Origin: Eledone cirrhosa
Taxonomy: Eukaryota
Assembly (NCBI GenBank): GCA_964016885.1
Contig: OZ024744.1
Location: forward strand, 134,726,001-134,790,000
Reading direction: 5' to 3'
Length of the DNA: 64,000 nt
Shown here: one piece after another, positions 49,588-62,985 of the stretch
Layout: the number at the start of each line of letters is the position of its first letter
Position numbering within the stretch: position 1 is the first letter of the stretch
Program-made: the position numbers and the translations under genes
Notes under the pieces: generated by a model
Told to the model about the DNA's origin: nothing
Database searches by the model: none
Seen by the model: the letters and a program-made list of their open reading frames with translations, nothing else

Positions 49588-52500
49588 GTCGGGGTTGAGT
49601 TAAGTTGGCGTTAAGTTAAGTTAGGCTTAACTTAAGTTGGGGGTAAGTTAAGTTGGGGGTAAGTTAAGTTGGGGTTAAGGTAAGTTGCGGTTAAGTTGGG
49701 GTTAAGTTAAGTTAGGGTTAAGTTAAGTTGGCGTTGAGTTAAGTTGGGGTTAATTAAGTGGTGGTTATGTTAAGTTGGGGTTAATTTAAATTGGGGTGAA
49801 GTTAACTTTGTGGTTAAGTTAAGTTGGGGTTAAGTTAAGTTGGGGTTAAGTTGGGGTTGAGTTAAGTTGGGGTTGAGTGAAGTTGGGGTTAAGTTAAGTT
49901 GGGGTTAAGTTAAGTCGGGGTTAAGTTAAGTTGTGGTTGAGGTAAGTTGGGGTTAATTTAAGTTGGGGCTAAGTTAATTTGTGGTTAAGTTAAGTTGGGG
50001 TTAAGTTAAGTTGGGGTTAAGTTAAGTTGGGGCTAAGTTAAGTTGGGGCTAAGTTAAGTTGGGGCTAAGTTAAGTTGGGGTTAAGTTAAGTTGGGGTTAA
50101 GTTAAGTTGGGGTTAAGTTAAGTTGGGGTTAAGTTAAGTTGGTGTTAAGTTAAGTTGGGGCTAAGTTAAGTTGGGGCTGAGTTAAGTTGGGGCTGAGTTA
50201 AGTTGGGGTTAAGTTAAGTTGGGGTTGAGTTAAGTTGGGGTTAAGTTAAGTTGGGGTCAAGTTAAGTTGGGGTTAAGTTGGGGTTAATTTAAGTTAGGTT
50301 TAAGTTAAGTTGGGGTTAAGTTAAGTTGGGGTTAAGTTAAGTTGGGGTTAAGTTAAGTTGGGGTTAAGTTAAGTTGGGGTTAAGTTAATTTGTGGTTAAG
50401 TTAAGTTGGGGTTAAGTTAAGTTGGGGTTAAGTTAAGTTGGGGTTAAGTTAAGTCGGGGTTAAGTTAAGTTGGGGTTAAGTTAAGTTGGGGTTAATTTAA
50501 GTTGGGGTTAAGTTAAGTTGGGGTTAAGTTAAGTTGGGGTTAAGTTAAGTTGGGGATAATTTAAGTTGGGGTTAAGTTAAGTTTGGGTTTAAGTTAAGTT
50601 GGGGTTAAGTTAAGTTGGGGTTAAGTTAAGTTGGGGTTAAGTTAATTTGTGGTTAAGTTAAGTTGGGGTTAAGTTAAGTTGGGGTTGAGTTAAGTTGGGG
50701 CTGAGTTAATTTGGGGTTAAGTTGGGGTTAAGTTGGGTTTAAGTTAAGTTGGGGTTAAATTAAGTTGGGGTTAAATTAAGTTGGGGTTAAGTTAAGTTGG
50801 GGGTAAGTTAAGTTGGGGGCAAGTTAAGTTGGGGTTAATTTAAGTTGGGGTTAAATTAAGTTGGGGTTACGTTAAGTTGGTGTTAAGTTAAGTTGGGGTT
50901 AATTTAAGTTGGGGTTAATTAAGTTGGGGTTAAGTTAAGTTGGGGTTAAGTTAAGTTGGGGTTAATTTAAGTTGGGGTTGAGTTAAGTTGGGGTTAAGTT
51001 AAGTTGGGGTTATATTAAGTTGGGGTTAAGTTAAGTTGGGGTTCAGTTAAGTTGGGGTTAAGTTAAGTTGGGGTTAAGTTAAGTTGAGGTTAAGTTAAGT
51101 TGGGGTTAAGTTAAGTTGGTGTTAAGTTAAGTTGGGGCTAAGTTAAGTTGGGGCTGAGTTAAGTTGGGGCTGAGTTAAGTTGGGGCTAAGTTAAGTTGGG
51201 GTTGAGTTAAGTTGGGGTTAATTTGGGGTTAAGTTAAGTTAGGTTTAAGTTAAGTTGGGGTTAAGTTAAGTTGGGGTTAAGTTAAGTTGGGGTTAAGTTA
51301 AGTTGGGGTTAAGTTAACTTGGGGTTGAGTTAATTTGTGGTTAAGTTAAGTTGTGGTTAAGTTAAGTTGGGGTTAAGTTAAGTTGGGGTTAAGTTAAGTC
51401 GGTGTTAAGTTAAGTTGGGGTTAAGTTAAGTTGGGGATAATTTAAGTTGGGGTTAAGTTAAGTTTGGGTTTAAGTTAAGTTGGGGTTAAGTTAAGTTGGG
51501 GTTAAGTTAAGTTGGGGTTAAGTTAAGTAGGGGTTAAGTTAAGTTGGGGTTAAGTTAAGTTGGGGTTGAGTTAATTTGTGGTTAAGTTAAGTTGTGGTTA
51601 AGTTAAGTTGGGGTTAAGTTAAGTTGGGGTTAAGTTAAGTCGGTGTTAAGTTAAGTTGGGGTTAAGTTAAGTTGGGGTTAATTTAAGTTGGGGTTAAGTT
51701 AAGTTGGGGTTAAGTTAAGTTGGGGTTAAGTTAAGTCGGGGTTAAGTTAAGTTGGGGTTAAGTTAAGTTGGGGTTAATTTAAGTTAGGGTTAAGTTAAGT
51801 TGGGGTTAAGTTAAGTTGGGGTTAAGTTAAGTTGGGGTTAAGTTAAGTTGGGGATAATTTAAGTTGGGGTTAAGTTAAGTTTGAGTTTAAGTTAAGTTGG
51901 GGTTAAGTTAAGTTGGGGTTAAGTTAAGTTGGGGTTAATTTAAGTTGGTTAGTTAAGTTGAGTTTAAGTTAAGTTGGGGTTAATTTAAGTTGGGGTTAAG
52001 TTAAGCTGGGGTTAAGTTAAGTTGGGGTTAAGTTAAGTTGGGGTTAATTTAAGTTGGGGTTAATTTAAGTCGGGGTTAAGTTAAGTTGTGGTTGAGTTAA
52101 GTTTGGGTTAATTTAAGTTGGGGCTAAGTTAATTTGTGGTTAAGTTAAGTTTGGGTTAAGTTAAGTTGGGGTTAAGTTAAGTTTGGGTTGAGTTAAGTTG
52201 GGGTTGAGTTAATTTGGGGTTAAGTTAAGTTGGCGTTAAGTTAAGTTGGGTTTAAGTTAAGTTGGGGTTAAATTAAGTTGGGGTTAAATTAAGTTGGGGT
52301 TAAGTTAAGTTGGGGGTAAGTTAAGTTGGGGGCAAGTTAAGTTGGGGTTAATTTAAGTTGGGGTTAAATTAAGTTGGGGTTACGTTAAGTTGGTGTTAAG
52401 TTAAGTTGGGGTTAATTTAAGTTGGGGTTGAGTTAAGTTGGGGTTCAGTTAAGTTGGGGATAAGTTAAGTTGGGGTTAAGTTAAGTTGGGGTTAATTAAG

Positions 52501-53049
52501 TTGGGGTTGAGTTAAGTTGGGGTTCAGTTAAATTGGGGTTGAATTAAGTTGGGGTTGAGTTAAGATGGTGTTGAGTTAAGTTGGGGTTAAGTTAAGTTGG
52601 GGTTAAGTTAAGTTGCAGTTAAGTTAAGTTGAGGTTAAGTTAAGGTGCGGTTAAGTTAAGTTGAGGTTAAGTTAAGTTGGGGCTAACTTAAGTTGGGGCT
52701 AAGTTAAGTTGGGGCTAAGTTAAGTTGGGGTTAAGTTACGTTGGGGTTAAGTTAAGTCGGGGTTAAGTTAAGTTGGGGTTAAGTTAAGTTGGGGTTAATT
52801 TAAGTTGGGGTTAAGTTAAGTTGGGGTTAAGTTTAGTAGGGGTTAAGTTAAGTTGGGGTTAAGTTAAGTTGGGTTTAAGTTAAGTTGGGGTTAAGTTAAG
52901 TTGGGGTCAAGTTAAGTTGGGGTTAAGTTAAGTTGGTTAGTTAAGTTCAGTTTAAGTTAAGTTGGGGTTAATTTAAGTTGGGGTTAAGTTAAGTTGGGGT
53001 TAAGTTAAGTTGGAGTTAAGTTAAGTTGGGGTTAAGTTAAGTTGGGGTT

Positions 53050-53265
53050 AACCCCAACTTAACTTAACCCCAACTTAACTTAACCCCAACTTCACTCAAC
53101 CCAACGTAACTCAACCCCAACTTAACTTAACCCCAACTTCACTCAACCCCAACTTAACTTAACCCCAACTTCACTCAACCCCAACTTAAGTCAACCCCAA
53201 CTTAACTTAACCCCAACTTGACTTAACCCCAACTTAACTTAGCCCCAACTTAACTTAAGCCCAAA
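53050..53265 (-). repeat. Inverted block 23, lineage A (AACCCAACGT), 216 bp
   Basis: Standard junctions and the 3-C monomer. Confidence 0.96.
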
Positions 53266-55491
53266 GTCGGGGTTGAGTTAAGTTGGCGTTAAGTTAAGTT
53301 AGGCTTAACTTAAGTTGGGGGTAAGTTAAGTTGGGGGTAAGTTAAGTTGGGGTTAAGTTAAGTTGCGGTTAAGTTGGGGTTAAGTTAAGATAGGGTTAAG
53401 TTAAGTTGGCGTTGAGTTAAGTTGGGGTTAATTAAGTGGTGGTTATGTTAAGTTGGGGTTAATTTAAATTGGGGTGAAGTTAACTTTGTGGTTAAGTTAA
53501 GTTGGGGTTAAGTTAAGTTGGGGTTAAGTTGGGGTTGAGTTAAGTTGGGGTTGAGTGAAGTTGGGGTTAAGTTAAGTTGGGGTAAAGTTAAGTTGGGGTT
53601 AAGTTAAGTCGGGGTTAAGTTAAGTTGTGGTTGAGTTAAGTTGGGGTTAATTTAAGTTGGGGCTAAGTTAATTTGTGGTTAAGTTAAGTTGGGGTTAAGT
53701 TAAGTTGGGGTTAAGTTAAGTTGGGGTTAAGTTAAGTTGCAGTTAAGTTAAGTTGAGGTTAAGTTAAGTTGGGGTTAAGTTAAGTTGGGGTTAAGTTAAG
53801 TTGGGGCTAAGTTAAGTTGGGGCTAAGTTAAGTTGGGGCTAAGTTAAGTTGGGGTTAAGTTAAGTTGGGGTTAAGTTAAGTTGGGGTTAAGTTAAGTTGG
53901 TGTTAAGTTAAGTTGGGGCTAAGTTAAGTTGGGGTTAAGTTAAGTTGGGGTTAAGTTAAGTTGGGGTTAATTTAATTTGTGGTTAAGTTAAGTTGGGGTT
54001 AAGTTAAGTTGGGGTTAAGTTAAGTTGGGGTTAAGTTAAGTCGGGGTTAAGTTAAGTTGGGGTTAAGTTAAGTTGGGGTTAATTTAAGTTAGGGTTAAGT
54101 TAATTTGGGGTTAGGTTAAGTTGGGGTTAAGTTAAGTTGGGGATAATTTAAGTTGGGGTTAAGTTAAGTTTGGGTTTAAGTTAAGTTGGGGTTAAGTTAA
54201 GTTGGGGTTAAGTTAAGTTGGGGTTAAGTTAATTTGTGGTTAAGTTAAGTTGGGGTTAAGTTAAGTTGGGGTTGAGTTAAGTTGGGGTTAAGTTAAGTTG
54301 GGGTTAAGTTAAGTTGGGGTTAAGTTAAGTTGGGGTTAAGTTAATTTGTGGTTAAGTTAAGTTGGGGTTAAGTTAAGTTGGGGTTAAGTTTAGTTGGGTT
54401 TAAGTTAAGTTGGGGTTAAATTAAGTTGGGGTTAAATTAAGTTGGGGTTAAGTTAAGTTGGGGGTAAGTTAAGTTGGGGGCAAGTTAAGTTGGGGTTAAT
54501 TTAAGTTGGGGTTAAATTAAGTTGGGGTTACGTTAAGTTGGTGTTAAGTTAAGTTGGGGTTAATTTAAGTTGGGGTTAATTAAGTTGGGGTTAAGTTAAG
54601 TTGGGGTTAAGTTAAGTTGGGGTTAATTTAAGTTGGGGTTGAGTTAAGTTGGGGTTAAGTTAAGTTGGGGTTATATTAAGTTGGGGTTAAGTTAAGTTGG
54701 GGTTCAGTTAAGTTGGGGTTAAGTTAAGTTGGGGTTAAGTTAAGTTGAGGTTAAGTTAAGTTGGGGTTAAGTTAAGTTGGTGTTAAGTTAAGTTGGGGCT
54801 AAGTTAAGTTGGGGCTGAGTTAAGTTGGGGCTGAGTTAAGTTGGGGCTAAGTTAAGTTGGGGTTGAGTTAAGTTGGGGTTAAGTTGGGGTTAAGTTAAGT
54901 TAGGTTTAAGTTAAGTTGGGGTTAAGTTAAGTTGGGGTTAAGTTAAGTTGGGGTTAAGTTAAGTTGGGGTTAAGTTAAGTTGGGGTTAAGTTAAGTTGGG
55001 GTTGAGTTAATTTGGGGCTGAGTTAAGTTGGGGTTGAGTTAAGTTGGTGTTGAGTTAAGTTGGGGTTAAGTTAAGTTGGGGTTAAGTTAAGTTGCAGTTA
55101 AGTTAAGTTGAGGTTAAGTTAAGGTGCGGTTAAGTTAAGTTGGGGTTAAGTTAAGTTGGGGCTAAGTTAAGTTGGGGCTAAGTTAAGTTGGGGCTAAGTT
55201 AAGTTGGGGTTAAGTTACGTTGGGGTTAAGTTAAGTCGGGGTTAAGTTAAGTTGGGGTTAAGTTAAGTTGGGGTTAATTTAAGTTGGGGTTAAGTTAAGT
55301 TGGGGTTAAGTTAAGTTGGGGTTAAGTTAAGTTGGGGTTAAGTTGGGTTTAAGTTAAGTTGGGGTTAAGTTAAGTTGGGGTCAAGTTAAGTTGGGGTTAA
55401 GTTAAGTTGGTTAGTTAAGTTGAGTTTAAGTTAAGTTGGGGTTAATTTAAGTTGGGGTTAAGTTAAGTTGGGGTTAAGTTAAGTTGGGGTT

Positions 55492-55708
55492 AACCCCAAC
55501 TTAAGTTAACCCCAACTTAACTTAATACCAACTTCATTCAACCCCAACGTAACTCAACCCCAACTTAACTTAACCCCAACTTCACTCAACCCCAACTTAA
55601 CTTAACCCCAACTTCACTCAATCCCAACTTAAGTCAACCCCAACTTAACTTAACCCCAACTTGACTTAACCCCAACTTAACTTAGCCCCAACTTAACTTA
55701 AGCCAAAA
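55492..55708 (-). repeat. Inverted block 24, lineage B, 217 bp
   Basis: Matches block 12, including CAATCCC and GCCAAAA. Confidence 0.96.
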
Positions 55709-58700
55709 GTCGGGGTTAAGTTAAGTTGGCGTTAAGTTAAGTTAGGCTTAACTTAAGTTGGGGGTAAGTTAAGTTGGGGGTAAGTTAAGTTGGGGTTAAG
55801 TTAAGTTGCGGTTAAGTTGGGGTTAAGTTAAGTTAGGGTTAAGTTAAGTTGGCGTTGAGTTAAGTTGGGGTTAATTAAGTGGTGGTTATGTTAAGTTGGG
55901 GTTAATTTAAATTGGGGTGAAGTTAACTTTGTGGTTAAGTTAAGTTGGGGTTAAGTTAAGTTGGGGTTAAGTTGGGGTTGAGTTAAGTTGGGGTTGAGTG
56001 AAGTTGGGGTTAAGTTAAGTTGGGGTAAAGTTAAATTGGGGTTAAGTTAAGTCGGGGTTAAGTTAAGTTGTGGTTGAGTTAAGTTGGGGTTAATTTAAGT
56101 TGGGGCTAAGTTAATTTGTGGTTAAGTTAAGTTGGGGTTAAGTTAAGTTGGGGTTAAGTTAAGTTGGGGTTAAGTTAAGTTGCAGTTAAGTTAAGTTGAG
56201 GTTAAGTTAAGTTGGGGTTAAGTTAAGTTGGGGTTAAGTTAAGTTGGGGCTAAGTTAAGTTGGGGCTAAGTTAAGTTGGGGCTAAGTTAAGTTGGGGTTA
56301 AGTTAAGTTGGGGTTAAGTTAAGTTGGGGTTAAGTTAAGTTGGTGTTAAGTTAAGTTGGGGCTAAGTTAAGTTGGGGCTGAGTTAAGTTGGGGCTGAGTT
56401 AAGTTGGGGTTAAGTTAATTTGTGGTTAAGTTAAGTTGGGGTTAAGTTAAGTTGGGGTTGCGTTAAGTTGGGGCTGAGTTAATTTGGGGTTAAGTTAAGT
56501 TGGGGTTAAGTTGGGTTTAAGTTAAGTTGGGGTTAAATTAAGTTGGGGTTAAATTAAGTTGGGGTTAAGTTAAGTTGGGGGTAAGTTAAGTTGGGGGCAA
56601 GTTAAGTTGGGGTTAATTTAAGTTGGGGTTAAATTAAGTTGGGGTTACGTTACGTTGGTGTTAAGTTAAGTTGGGGTTAATTTAAGTTGGGGTTAAGTTA
56701 AGTTGGGGTCAAGTTAAGTTGGGGTTAAGTTGGGGTTAATTTAAGTTAGGTTTAAGTTAAGTTGGGGTTAAGTTAAGTTGGGGTTAAGTTAAGTTGGGGT
56801 TAAGTTAAGTTGGGGTTAAGTTGGGGTTAAGTTAATTGGTGGTTAAGTTAAGTTGGGGTTAAGTTAAGTTGGGGTTAAGTTAAGTTGGGGTTAAGTTAAG
56901 TCGGGGTTAAGTTAAGTTGGGGTTAAGTTAAGTTGGGGTTAATTTAAGTTGGGGTTAAGTTAAGTTGGGGTTAAGTTAAGTTGGGGTTAAGTTAAGTTGG
57001 GGATAATTTAAGTTGGGGTTAAGTTAAGTTTGGGTTTAAGTTAAGTTGGGGTTAAGTTAAGTTGGGGTTAAGTTAAGTTGGGGTTAAGTTAATTTGTGGT
57101 TAAGTTAAGTTGGGGTTAAGTTAAGTTGGGGTTGAGTTAAGTTGGGGCTGAGTTAATTTGGGGTTAAGTTAAGTTGGGGTTAAGTTAAGTTGGGTTTAAG
57201 TTAAGTTGGGGTTAAATTAAGTTGGGGTTAAATTAAGTTGGGGTTAAGTTAAGTTGGGGGTAAGTTAAGTTGGGGGCAAGTTAAGTTGGGGTTAATTTAA
57301 GTTGGGGTTAAATTAAGTTGGGGTTACGTTAAGTTGGTGTTAAGTTAAGTTGGGGTTAATTTAAGTTGGGGTTAATTAAGTTGGGGTTAAGTTAAGTTGG
57401 GGTTAAGTTAAGTTGGGGTTAATTTAAGTTGGGGTTGAGTTAAGTTGGGGTTAAGTTAAGTTGGGTTTATATTAAGTTGGGGTTAAGTTAAGTTGGGGTT
57501 CAGTTAAGTTGGGGTTAAGTTAAGTTGGGGTTAAGTTAAGTTGAGGTTAAGTTAAGTTGGGGTTAAGTTAAGTTGGTGTTAAGTTAAGTTGGGGCTAAGT
57601 TAAGTTGGGGCTGAGTTAAGTTGGGGCTGAGTTAAGTTGGGGCTAAGTTAAGTTGGGTTTGAGTTAAGTTGGGGTTAAGTTGGGGTTAAGTTAAGTTAGG
57701 TTTAAGTTAAGTTGGGGTTAAGTTAAGTTGGGGTTAAGTTAAGTTGGGGTTAAGTTAAGTTGGGGTTAAGTTAAGTTGGGGTTAAGTTAAGTTGGGGTTG
57801 AGTTAATTTGTGGTTAAGTTAAGTTGTGCTTAAGTTAAGTTGGGGTTAAGTTAAGTTGGGGTTAAGTTAAGTCGGGGTTAAGTTAAGTTGGGGTTAAGTT
57901 AAGTTGGGGTTAATTTAAGTTGGGGTTAAGTTAAGTTGGGGTTAAGTTAAGTTGGGGTTAAGTTAAGTCGGGGTTAAGTTAAGTTGGGGTTAAGTTAAGT
58001 TGGGGTTAATTTAAGTTGGCGTTAAGTTAAGTTGGGGTTAAGTTAAGTTGGGGTTAAGTTAAGTTGGGGTTAAGTTAAGTTGGGGATAATTTAAGTTGGG
58101 GTTAAGTTAAGTTTGAGTTTAAGTTAAGTTGGGGTTAAGTTAAGTTGGGGTTAAGTTAAGTTGGGGTTAATTTAAGTTGGTTAGTTAAGTTGAGTTTAAG
58201 TTAAGTTGGGGTTAATTTAAGTTGGGGTTAAGTTAAGCTGGGGTTAAGTTAAGTTGGGGTTAAGTTAAGTTGGGGTTAATTTAAGTTGGGGTTAATTTAA
58301 GTCGGGGTTAAGTTAAGTTGTGGTTGAGTTAAGTTTGGGTTAATTTAAGTTGGGGCTAAGTTAATTTGTGGTTAAGTTAAGTTTGGGTTAAGTTAAGTTT
58401 GGGTTAAGTTAAGTTGGGGTTGAGTTAAGTTGGGGTTGAGTTAATTTGGGGTTAAGTTAAGTTGGGGTTAAGTTAAGTTGGGTTTAAGTTAAGTTGGGGT
58501 TAAATTAAGTTGGGGTTAAATTAAGTTGGGGTTAAGTTAAGTTGGGGGTAAGTTAAGTTGGGGGCAAGTTAAGTTGGGGTTAATTTAATTTGGGGTTAAA
58601 TTAAGTTGGGGTTACGTTAAGTTGGTGTTAAGTTAAGTTCGGGTTAATTTAAGTTGGGGTTGAGTTAAGTTGGGGTTCAGTTAAGTTGGGGATAAGTTAA

Positions 58701-61573
58701 GTTGGGGTTAAGTTAAGTTGGGGTTAATTAAGTTGGGGTTAAGTTAAGTTGGGGTTAAGTTAAGTTGGGGCTAAGTTAAGTTGGGGCTGAGTTAAGTTGG
58801 GGCTGAGTTAAGTTGGGGTTAAGTTAAGTTGGGGTTGAGTTAAGTTGGGGTTAAGTTAAGTTGGGGTCAAGTTAAGTTGGGGTTAAGTTGGGGTTAAGTT
58901 AAGTTAGGTTTAAGTTAAGTTGGGGTTAAGTTAAGTTGGGGTTAAGTTAAGTTGGGGTTAAGTTAAGTTGGGGTTAAGTTAAGTTGGGGTTAAGTTAATT
59001 TGTGGTTTATTTAAGTTGGGGTTAATTTAAGTTGGGGTTAAGTTAAGTTGGGGTTAAGTTAAGTCGGGGTTAAGTTAAGTTGGGGTTAAGTTAAGTTGGG
59101 GTTAAGTTAAGTTGGGGTTAAGTTAAGTTGGGGTTAAGTTAAGTTGGGGTTAAGTTAAGTTGGGGTTAAGTTAAGTTGAGGTTAAGTTAAGTTGGGGTTA
59201 AATTAAGTTGGGGTTAAGTTAAGTTGGGGTTAAGTTAAGTTGGGGTTAAGTTAAGTTGGGGATAAGTTAAGTTGGGGATAATTTAAGTTGGGGTTAAGTT
59301 AAGTTGGGTTTAAGTTAAGTTGGGGTTAAGTTAAGTTGGGGATAAGTTAAGTTGGGGTTAAGTTAAGTTGGGGTTAAGTTAAGTTGGGGCTAAGTTAAGT
59401 TGGGGCTGAGTTAAGTTGGGGTTAAGTTAAGTTGGGGTTAAGTTAAGTTGGGGTTAATTTAAGTTGGGGTTTATTTAAGTTGGGGTTAAGTTAAGTTGGG
59501 GTTCAGTTAAGTTGGGGTTAAGTTAAGTTGGGGTTAAGATGGGGTTAAATTAAGTTGGGGTTAAGTTAAGTTTGAGTTTAAGTTAAGTTGGGGTTAAGTT
59601 AAGTTGGGGTTAAGTTAAGTTGCGATTAAGTTAAGTTGGTTAGTTAAGTTGAGTTTAAGTTAAGTTGGGGTTAATTTAAGTTGGGGTTAAGTTAAGCTGG
59701 GGTTAAGTTAAGTTGGGGTTAAGTTAAGTTGGGGTTAATTTAAGTTGGGGTTAATTTAAGTCGGGGTTAAGTTAAGTTGTGGTTGAGTTAAGTTGGGGTT
59801 AATTTAAGTTGGGGCTAAGTTAATTTGTGGTTAAGTTAAGTTGGGGTTAAGTTAAGTTGGGGTTAAGTTAAGTTGGGGTTGAGTTAAGTTGGGGTTGAGT
59901 TAATTTGGGGTTAAGTTAAGTTGGGGTTAAGTTAAGTTGGGTTTAAGTTAAGTTGGGGTTAAATTAAGTTGGGGTTAAATTAAGTTGGGGTTAAGTTAAG
60001 TTGGGGGTAAGTTAAGTTGGGGGCAAGTTAAGTTGGGGTTAATTTAAGTTGGGGTTAAATTAAGTTGGGGTTACGTTAAGTTGGTGTTAAGTTAAGTTGG
60101 GGTTAATTTAAGTTGGGGTTGAGTTAAGTTGGGGTTCAGTTAAGTTGGGGATAAGTTAAGTTGGGGTTAAGTTAAGTTGGGGTTAATTAAGTTGGGGTTA
60201 AGTTAAGTTGGGGTTAAGTTAAGTTGGGGCTAAATTAAGTTGGGGCTGAGTTAAGTTGGGGCTGAGTTAAGTTGGGGTTAAGTTAAGTTGGGGTTGAGTT
60301 AAGTTGGGGTTAAGATAAGTTGGGGTCAAGTTAAGTTGGGTTTAAGTTGGGGTTAAGTTAAGTTAGGTTTAAGTTAAGTTGGGGTTAAGTTAAGTTGGGG
60401 TTAAGTTAATTTGTGGTTTAGTTAAGTTTGGGTTAAGTTAAGTTGGGGTTAAGTTAAGTTGGGGTTAAGTTAAGTCGTGGTTAAGTTAAGTTGGGGTTAA
60501 GTTAAGTTGGAGTTAAGTTAAGTTGGGGTTAAGTTAAGTTGTGGTTAAGTTAAGTTGGGGTTAAGTTAAGTTGGGGTTAAGTTAAGTTGAGGTTAAGTTA
60601 AGTTGGGGTTAAATTAAGTTGGGGTTAAGTTAAGTTGGGGTTAAGTTAAGTTGGGGATAAGTTAAGTTGGGGATAATTTAAGTTGGGGTTAAGTTAAGTT
60701 GGGGTTAAGTTAAGTTGGGGTTAAGTTAAGTTGGGGTTAAGTTAAGTTGGGGTTAAGTTAAGTTGGGGTTAAGTTAAGTTGGGGCTAAGTTAAGTTGGAG
60801 CTGAGTTAAGTTGGGGTTAAGTTAAGTTGGGGGTTAAGTTAAGTTGGGGTTAATTTAAGTTGGGGTTTATTTAAGTTGGGGTTAAGTTAAGTTGGGGTTC
60901 AGTTAAGTTGGGGTTAAGTTAAGTTGGGGTTAAGATGGGGTTAAATTAAGTTGGGGTTAAGTTAAGTTGGGGTTAAGTTAAGTTGGGGTTAAGTTAAGTT
61001 GGGGTTAAGTTAAGTCGGGGTTAAGTTAAGTCGGGGTTAAGTTAAGTTAGGGTTCAGTTAAGTTGGGGTTAAGTTAAGTTGGGGTTGAGTTAAGTTGGGG
61101 TTGAGTTAAATTGGGGTTGAGTTAAGTTGGGGTTGAGTTAAGTTGGTGTTGAGTTAAGTTGGGGTTAAGTTAAGTTGGGGTTAAGTTAAGTTGCAGTTAA
61201 GTTAAGTTGAGGTTAAGTTAAGGTGCGGTTAAGTTAAGTTGGGGTTAAGTTAAGTTGGGGCTAAGTTAAGTTGGGGCTAAGTTAAGTTGGGGCTAAGTTA
61301 AGTTGGGGTTAAGTTACGTTGGGGTTAAGTGAAGTCGGGGTTAAGTTAAGTTGGGGTTAAGTTAAGTTGGGGTTAATTTAAGTTGGGGTTAAGTTAAGTT
61401 GGGGTTAAGTTAAGTTGGGGTTAAGTTAAGTTGGGGTTAAGTTGGGTTTAAGTTAAGTTGGGGTTAAGTTAAGTTGGGGTCAAGTTAAGTTGGGGTTAAG
61501 TTAAGTTGGTTAGTTAAGTTGAGTTTAAGTTAAGTTGGGGTTAATTTAAGTTGGGGTTAAGTTAAGTTGGGGT

Positions 61574-61763
61574 AACTTAATACCAACTTCACTCAACCCC
61601 AACGTAACTCAACCCCAACTTAACTTAACCCCAACTTCACTCAACCCCAACTTAACTTAACCCCAACTTCACTCAATCCCAACTTAAGTCAACCCCAACT
61701 TAACTTAACCCCAACTTGACTTAACCCCAACTTAACTTAGCCCCAACTTAACTTAAGCCCAAA
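61574..61763 (-). repeat. Inverted block 25, lineage B with deleted centre, 190 bp
   Basis: Same GGGGT|AACTTAATACC junction as block 14, 27,000 bp away. Confidence 0.95.
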
Positions 61764-62985
61764 GTCGGGGTTAAGTTAAGTTGGCGTTAAGTTAAGTTAG
61801 GCTTAACTTAATTTGGGGGTAAGTTAAGTTGGGGGTAAGTTAAGTTGGGGTTAAGTTAAGTTGCGGTTAAGTTGGGGTTAAGTTAAGTTAGGGTTAAGTT
61901 AAGTTGGCGTTGAGTTAAGTTGGGGTTAATTAAGTGGTGGTTATGTTAAGTTGGGGTTAATTTAAATTGGGGTGAAGTTAACTTTGTGGTTAAGTTAAGT
62001 TGGGGTTAAGTTGGGGTTGAGTTAAGTTGGGGTTGAGTGAAGTTGGGGTTAAGTTAAGTTGGGGTAAAGTTAAGTTGGGGTTAAGTTAAGTTGTGGTTGA
62101 GTTAAGTTGGGGTTAATTTAAGTTGGGGCTAAGTTAATTTGTGGTTAAGTTAAGTTGGGGTTAAGTTAAGTTGGGGTTAAGTTAAGTTGGGGTTAAGTTA
62201 AGTTGCAGTTAAGTTAAGTTGAGGTTAAGTTAAGTTGGGGTTAAGTTAAGTTGGGGTTAAGTTAAGTTGGGGTTCAGTTAAGTTGGGGTTAAGTTAAGTT
62301 GGGGTTAAGATGGGGTTAAATTAAGTTGGGGTTAAGTTAAGTTGGGGTTAATTTAAGTCGGGGTTAAGTTAAGTCGGGGTTAAGTTAAGTTAGGGTTCAG
62401 TTAAGTTGGGGTTAAGTTAAGTTGGGGTTGAGTTAAGTTGGGGTTGAGTTAAATTGGGGTTGAGTTAAGTTGGGGTTGAGTTAAGTTGGTGTTGAGTTAA
62501 TTGGGGTTAAGTTAAGTTGGGGTTAAGTTAAGTTGCAGTTAAGTTAAGTTGAGGTTAAGTTAAGGTGCGGTTAAGTTAAGTTGGGGTTAAGTTAAGTTGG
62601 GGCTAAGTTAAGTTGGGGCTAAGTTAAGTTGGGGCTAAGTTAAGTTGGGGTTAAGTTACGTTGGGGTTAATTTAAGTCGGGGTTAAGTTAAGTTGGGGTT
62701 AAGTTAAGTTGGGGTTAATTTAAGTTGGGGTTAAGTTAAGTTGGGGTTAAGTTTAGTTGGGGTTAAGTTAAGTTGGGGTTAAGTTAAGTTGGGTTTAAGT
62801 TAAGTTGGGGTTAAGTTAAGTTGGGGTTAAGTTAAGTTGGGGTTAAGTTAAGTTGGGGTTAAGTTAAGTTGGGGTTAAGTTAAGTTGGTTAGTTAAGTTG
62901 AGTTTAAGTTAAGTTGGGGTTAATTTAAGTTGGGGTTAAGTTAAGTTGGGGTTAAGTTAAGTTGGGGTTAAGTTAAGTTGGGGTT

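Noticed and set aside
31981-62500. Exactly 27,000-bp offset as a sign of artificial construction
   Set aside because: The offset changes along the duplication (28,392, 26,952, 27,000, 26,999) and the copies differ by SNVs, so the round number appears coincidental.
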